From: Eledone cirrhosa
Lineage: Eukaryota
Length of the DNA stretch: 64,000 bases
Direction of reading: 5' to 3'
NCBI GenBank assembly: GCA_964016885.1
Contig: OZ024740.1
Coordinates: 410,812,001-410,876,000 of the forward strand
The position numbers were made by a program, and so were the translations under genes. Positions 63,978 through 64,000 of the stretch are shown here, one piece after another. The notes under the pieces are model-generated. The model had not been told where the DNA came from, did no database searches, and was given only the letters and a program-made list of their open reading frames with translations. Each line of letters starts with the position of its first letter. Position 1 is the stretch's first letter.

Positions 63978-64000
63978 TGTATGTATGTATGTATGTATGT

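Overview
AT-rich, microsatellite-dense eukaryotic DNA with no recognisable host gene. The tRNA-derived SINE family and the (TA)n/(TTA)n landscape suggest an octopus or other cephalopod genome (inference). The window is a mosaic of retroelements. (1) Penelope-like elements (PLEs; RT + C-terminal GIY-YIG) and their 3' tails sit in (TA)n tracts, carry type I hammerhead ribozymes, and repeatedly form head-to-head or fold-back insertions. (2) Five Tx1/L1-clade LINE copies from two families. (3) Two tandem R4/Dong-clade RLE elements, one with an intact 1130-aa ORF, in (TAA)n. (4) A degenerate RTE element, a mariner remnant and about 13 SINEs. Most notable: a conserved 5' splice-donor motif overlapping the ORF1 stop codon in both Tx1 families, which with the next AG defines a 51-52 nt candidate intron fusing ORF1 and ORF2 in frame; a set of hammerheads with compensatory stem changes in PLE tails; a fold-back family retaining only the 3' half of a hammerhead; an ORF1-swapped Tx1 chimera; and self-regenerating (TTA)n landing pads. 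Everything was read by eye, with no searches or folding programs run, so boundaries are approximate.
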